This document shows positions 60,559-64,000 of a DNA stretch of 64,000 nucleotides, in pieces. Each line of letters starts with the position of its first letter. Position 1 is the first letter of the stretch. The stretch lies in contig OZ024761.1 in the NCBI GenBank assembly GCA_964016885.1, positions 12,276,001 to 12,340,000 of the forward strand. Direction: 5' to 3'. Source of the stretch: Eledone cirrhosa. Its lineage: Eukaryota. The notes beneath the pieces were generated by a model. It worked only from the letters and a program-made list of their open reading frames with translations. It was not told the DNA's origin and did no database searches. The translations under genes and the position numbers were made by a program.

Positions 60559-62141
60559 GCCAAATAATTTAACGAGAGTTATCTCCCCTAAATTGGAATT
60601 ATCTGCCTTTTGTTGACATTGAACTACTTCCGGTTTGTGGAACTCTTCTTACTTTGTTGACATTTCTCTTCAGTGTATGGAAGCTGTAACATCATTCTAT
60701 TTACTCTGGGACTATTAACGATATCTGTTTGGATTTTACGTTCGTGTAAAGAGGTATGTAAAGTTTTATTCACACTCACGGATATTATTGAGACACAAAA
60801 ATACATTTCACTATCTTGGAAATATACATACATTTAATTCTTCAATATAAATACATTCTTGTAGTGTTTTAGTTGCCATGTCTTTTAAATTTATTCTAAA
60901 CCTCCTTCCGAGAAACAAAACAAAACAAATAATATATACACGCAGCTACCTCTTCTAACTAAACATACATGTTACTTTCCTCTCTATACCTTATACCATC
61001 GTAATTTCTACGTCGAGTTACCTCGGCATCACCACCTTTACTCGAACTCAGCATTCTCTCTTGCACACATCATATCAACTATATATTTATATTATAATCG
61101 TATCTCTATTACACCTTCTCTGTATATACTTACTTAGAAGAAAGGTATATCTCCTCATTATACACAGTATCCGGAGCTATATCAGAAACTGTAGTATATA
61201 GAATACAGACCCTCTCTCTATACATAAACACACTTCGAAGTATCGTATATATGCAGCATCTACATACACACAAGGCAAAGTTAAAACCCTCATCTCTACT
61301 ACTTTTCCCGAGGATACTTACATAAAACTCTGGATATTTTATCAAGGCATCTATTTTTTGTATGTAGAAGACATTATATTCACTATCCTTCTCAATAGAG
61401 GAAAACAACTCCCCATACATACAGTTCTTTATAGAATACACTGCCTTGTTATATAAATATTGTACACATGTGTGTATATAATACACTTCTATATATATAG
61501 AAACTTACTACTAGATATTGTGTGTACACAGCAAAGAATCTACTTTTTGTATGTAGAGACTCCTCTGTAACATCTAGAAGGCTTATATTTACTATCCTTC
61601 TCTATAATAAAAAAAAACCCCATATATACAGTAATACCTTATCTAGAAGCATATAAGAAACTGTATTTCACAGCCCTATACCCACTCTCCTAAGAAACTA
61701 AACTGTTCATGATAAAGAGGTTTAATTTCTGCCTCTAGAAAAGTATTGATGTTAGAGCTGTGTAATCTGGATTGTTTTTATTAATTCCCTCTGCTTCTTT
61801 CCAGGTATGTTGAAGATCTCCGCCAGCTCAACTTAGTGTGTAAATACACACAGTCGTCTCAAGAAATAAAATAACTCCAACAACAAAATGTAGTTTATTT
61901 ATTGATCTTTATTTCACATTTTCGTTTCTTATATATATACACAGGTAGTATCTTACATGTAGATCGTTTAACTTTCATTCATATTAAATATATAGGAATT
62001 AACAGCTGTGTATATATAACTAGTGGATTGTTAAACACATGCCTAGAGATAAAAAGGTATTAACATGCGAGAGAATTCAATTATTATGTCATTAGTGAGA
62101 AACATCCTTCTTGTAAGAAGTGTATATATAGAATAGATTAA

Positions 62142-62912
62142 GGTGCTACTGCGTTGAACGGGTGTAAGGCTGTGGGCTGATGCGTCACTCTGTTGGAAAC
62201 GTGGTGGTCCCATCTGCTGTTTTAGATGGTCCTCAGGGCTCTGCTATCGAAGCTGTCAATCGTCTTTGTGAGGGGCCATGTTTCCACAATTAATATGTAG
62301 TTAAATATACTTCAAGATGGTAACATAGCCTTAGACAGATCTATATATGTAATAGTTAGTGTCGATTTGAGTAATCTTAAGACCATGATTCCAATCATCA
62401 ATATATGTATTGATGAAACCTAAATATAGTCTGTTCTAGGCTTCTCACCAGTTTCTTTGGAATTAAGTGTCTGAGAGTATAGGACGCTGAGTGTACTGGA
62501 GAAATGTGAAATGGTTTTAAAGACTTACATACAGAACTTCCAAGCTGTGAGAGTTACATGTATGTATGGACCCATAACTCCTGAGGGAGGCAACGCATTG
62601 ACCTACAGTGTTTCTAGGGCTCTTTTAAAAACCTGGCAGAGCCCAGGTCTGAATACAGCGGATTTCTTCTAGAGAAGTATAGAGGAAGAATCAACCCCGA
62701 ATGGATGAAAGGCAAAGTTGGCCTTGATGGGATTTGAATTCAGACAGCTGAAATGAAGGCATTCTATCTGTTACATTTATATATACATACTTTCTTTGTC
62801 TAATAAACAAAACTAAATCTTCTCTAGACACACACATAAAGTTACATTTATATAAACGTTCTTCTGTACAAAAACGAGGGTCAACTGAAAAGCTCATAGG
62901 CTGACTATGAAG
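62142..62912 (-). repeat. Older diverged inverted copies of ~48360-48602 and ~46150-46810
   Basis: GGTGCTACTGCGTTGAACG, CTTAAGACCATGATTCCAATCATCAA and TTTTAAAAACCTGGCAGA are shared in inverted orientation. Confidence 0.75.
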
Positions 62913-64000
62913 GAGTGAAATCTTGCATGCATTAATTTCAACCCTCCTTACTAATAACTGCATTGTTTCTTTCCATTTGGTCAGTCAGCCCTCTTACATA
63001 GATACTTCTGATTCTCTTTTTTACTAAGAAACAGAATTAAACCTTCTCTACACAGGAAAATACTACTGCCATCTTCAAAGGAATGTAAATAAACTTCCTT
63101 ATCTAGCGACGAACATGTGAAATAAACCAAACTTTTGCTTTTTCATTTCTTCTAAGAAACAAGATAGCTAACTCCAATAAGTGTGTATACAAAAAAAATG
63201 TCTACACACTTCAGGAAAAGAAAAATTTGTATAAATATATATTTAGCACCCATCCACCATCTTTGGAATAACAGGAGTTGAATAAATACCATGTCGTTGC
63301 CGACTGCATGGTGTCCAACAGGTTGTGATACTGAATTACTATATGAATATATCCCACTCAATGTATGAGGAAAACACAACAGGTTTATATTAATGCTAAA
63401 AATAGCAACCAAAATCAGCTCAGTATAGATGCCCTTGCTTTGGATGACTTCGGCACATAAAGTCACCATAATATTGAACAGTTTTGGAGTGATAATATTC
63501 CACTCTTCCTCATTTGGTCATTCCATGAGAATATCTTGGTCAATCAACCCTCATACATATATAAACTTAATCTTTCTTCTGCTTTACTTTTTTACTGAGA
63601 AACAAAACTAAACTTTCACTACACAGGAAGATACTACTCCCATCTTTGAAGGAGTGTAAATAAACTGTCTGGTCTAAAGACGAAAAAAATGTGAAATAAA
63701 AGAATTAAATAAACCAAACTTTTGCTTTTTCATTTCTTCTAAAGGACATGACAGCCTCCTAGTGCTGGTGGTCTACACAATAAAAACAACCACTGAATGC
63801 TGTAAAGTGGTGGGTGTTCGGAAGGACAAGCAATTGTAGAAAACTTGCCAAACAAGGGGTTAGGGAGATCTTTCAGTTTGTGTCAAGAGATATGACAACT
63901 TCTCTGCACTCAAAATGACCATATGTAAGCGAGATACAGAACCCTTGGCTTGTCTGGGAGGTCAGTAGCCCTTCTTCAGTATTGAGTTGGTGTATGTAGA

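Larger units (their letters stand above)
55931..62141 (+). repeat. Segmental duplication, copy 2
   Basis: Matches 44305-50772. Confidence 0.95.

Overview
AT-rich, repeat-saturated animal genomic DNA. The SINE, LINE and microsatellite make-up suggests a coleoid cephalopod such as Octopus (my inference, not searched). I can identify no intact host protein-coding gene; most long ORFs in the track are translations of microsatellites. Bases 1-43 kb hold (TA)n and compound microsatellites, tRNA-derived SINEs, LINE remnants (CR1-, RTE- and R4/Dong-like), mariner remnants, MITEs, two 5'-truncated Penelope-like elements (PLEs), and an 88-bp satellite built from mariner ends. They also hold more than a dozen minimal hammerhead ribozyme motifs in short PLE-tail insertions, several of them fold-back palindromes centred on hammerhead stem II. 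Bases 44.3-63 kb are a direct plus inverted segmental duplication carrying five copies (two paralogous types) of an unidentified 150-165 nt GC-rich structured element with TATA, A-box, B-box and oligo-T layout, a candidate Pol III ncRNA. All calls are by eye; no searches or folding programs were run.
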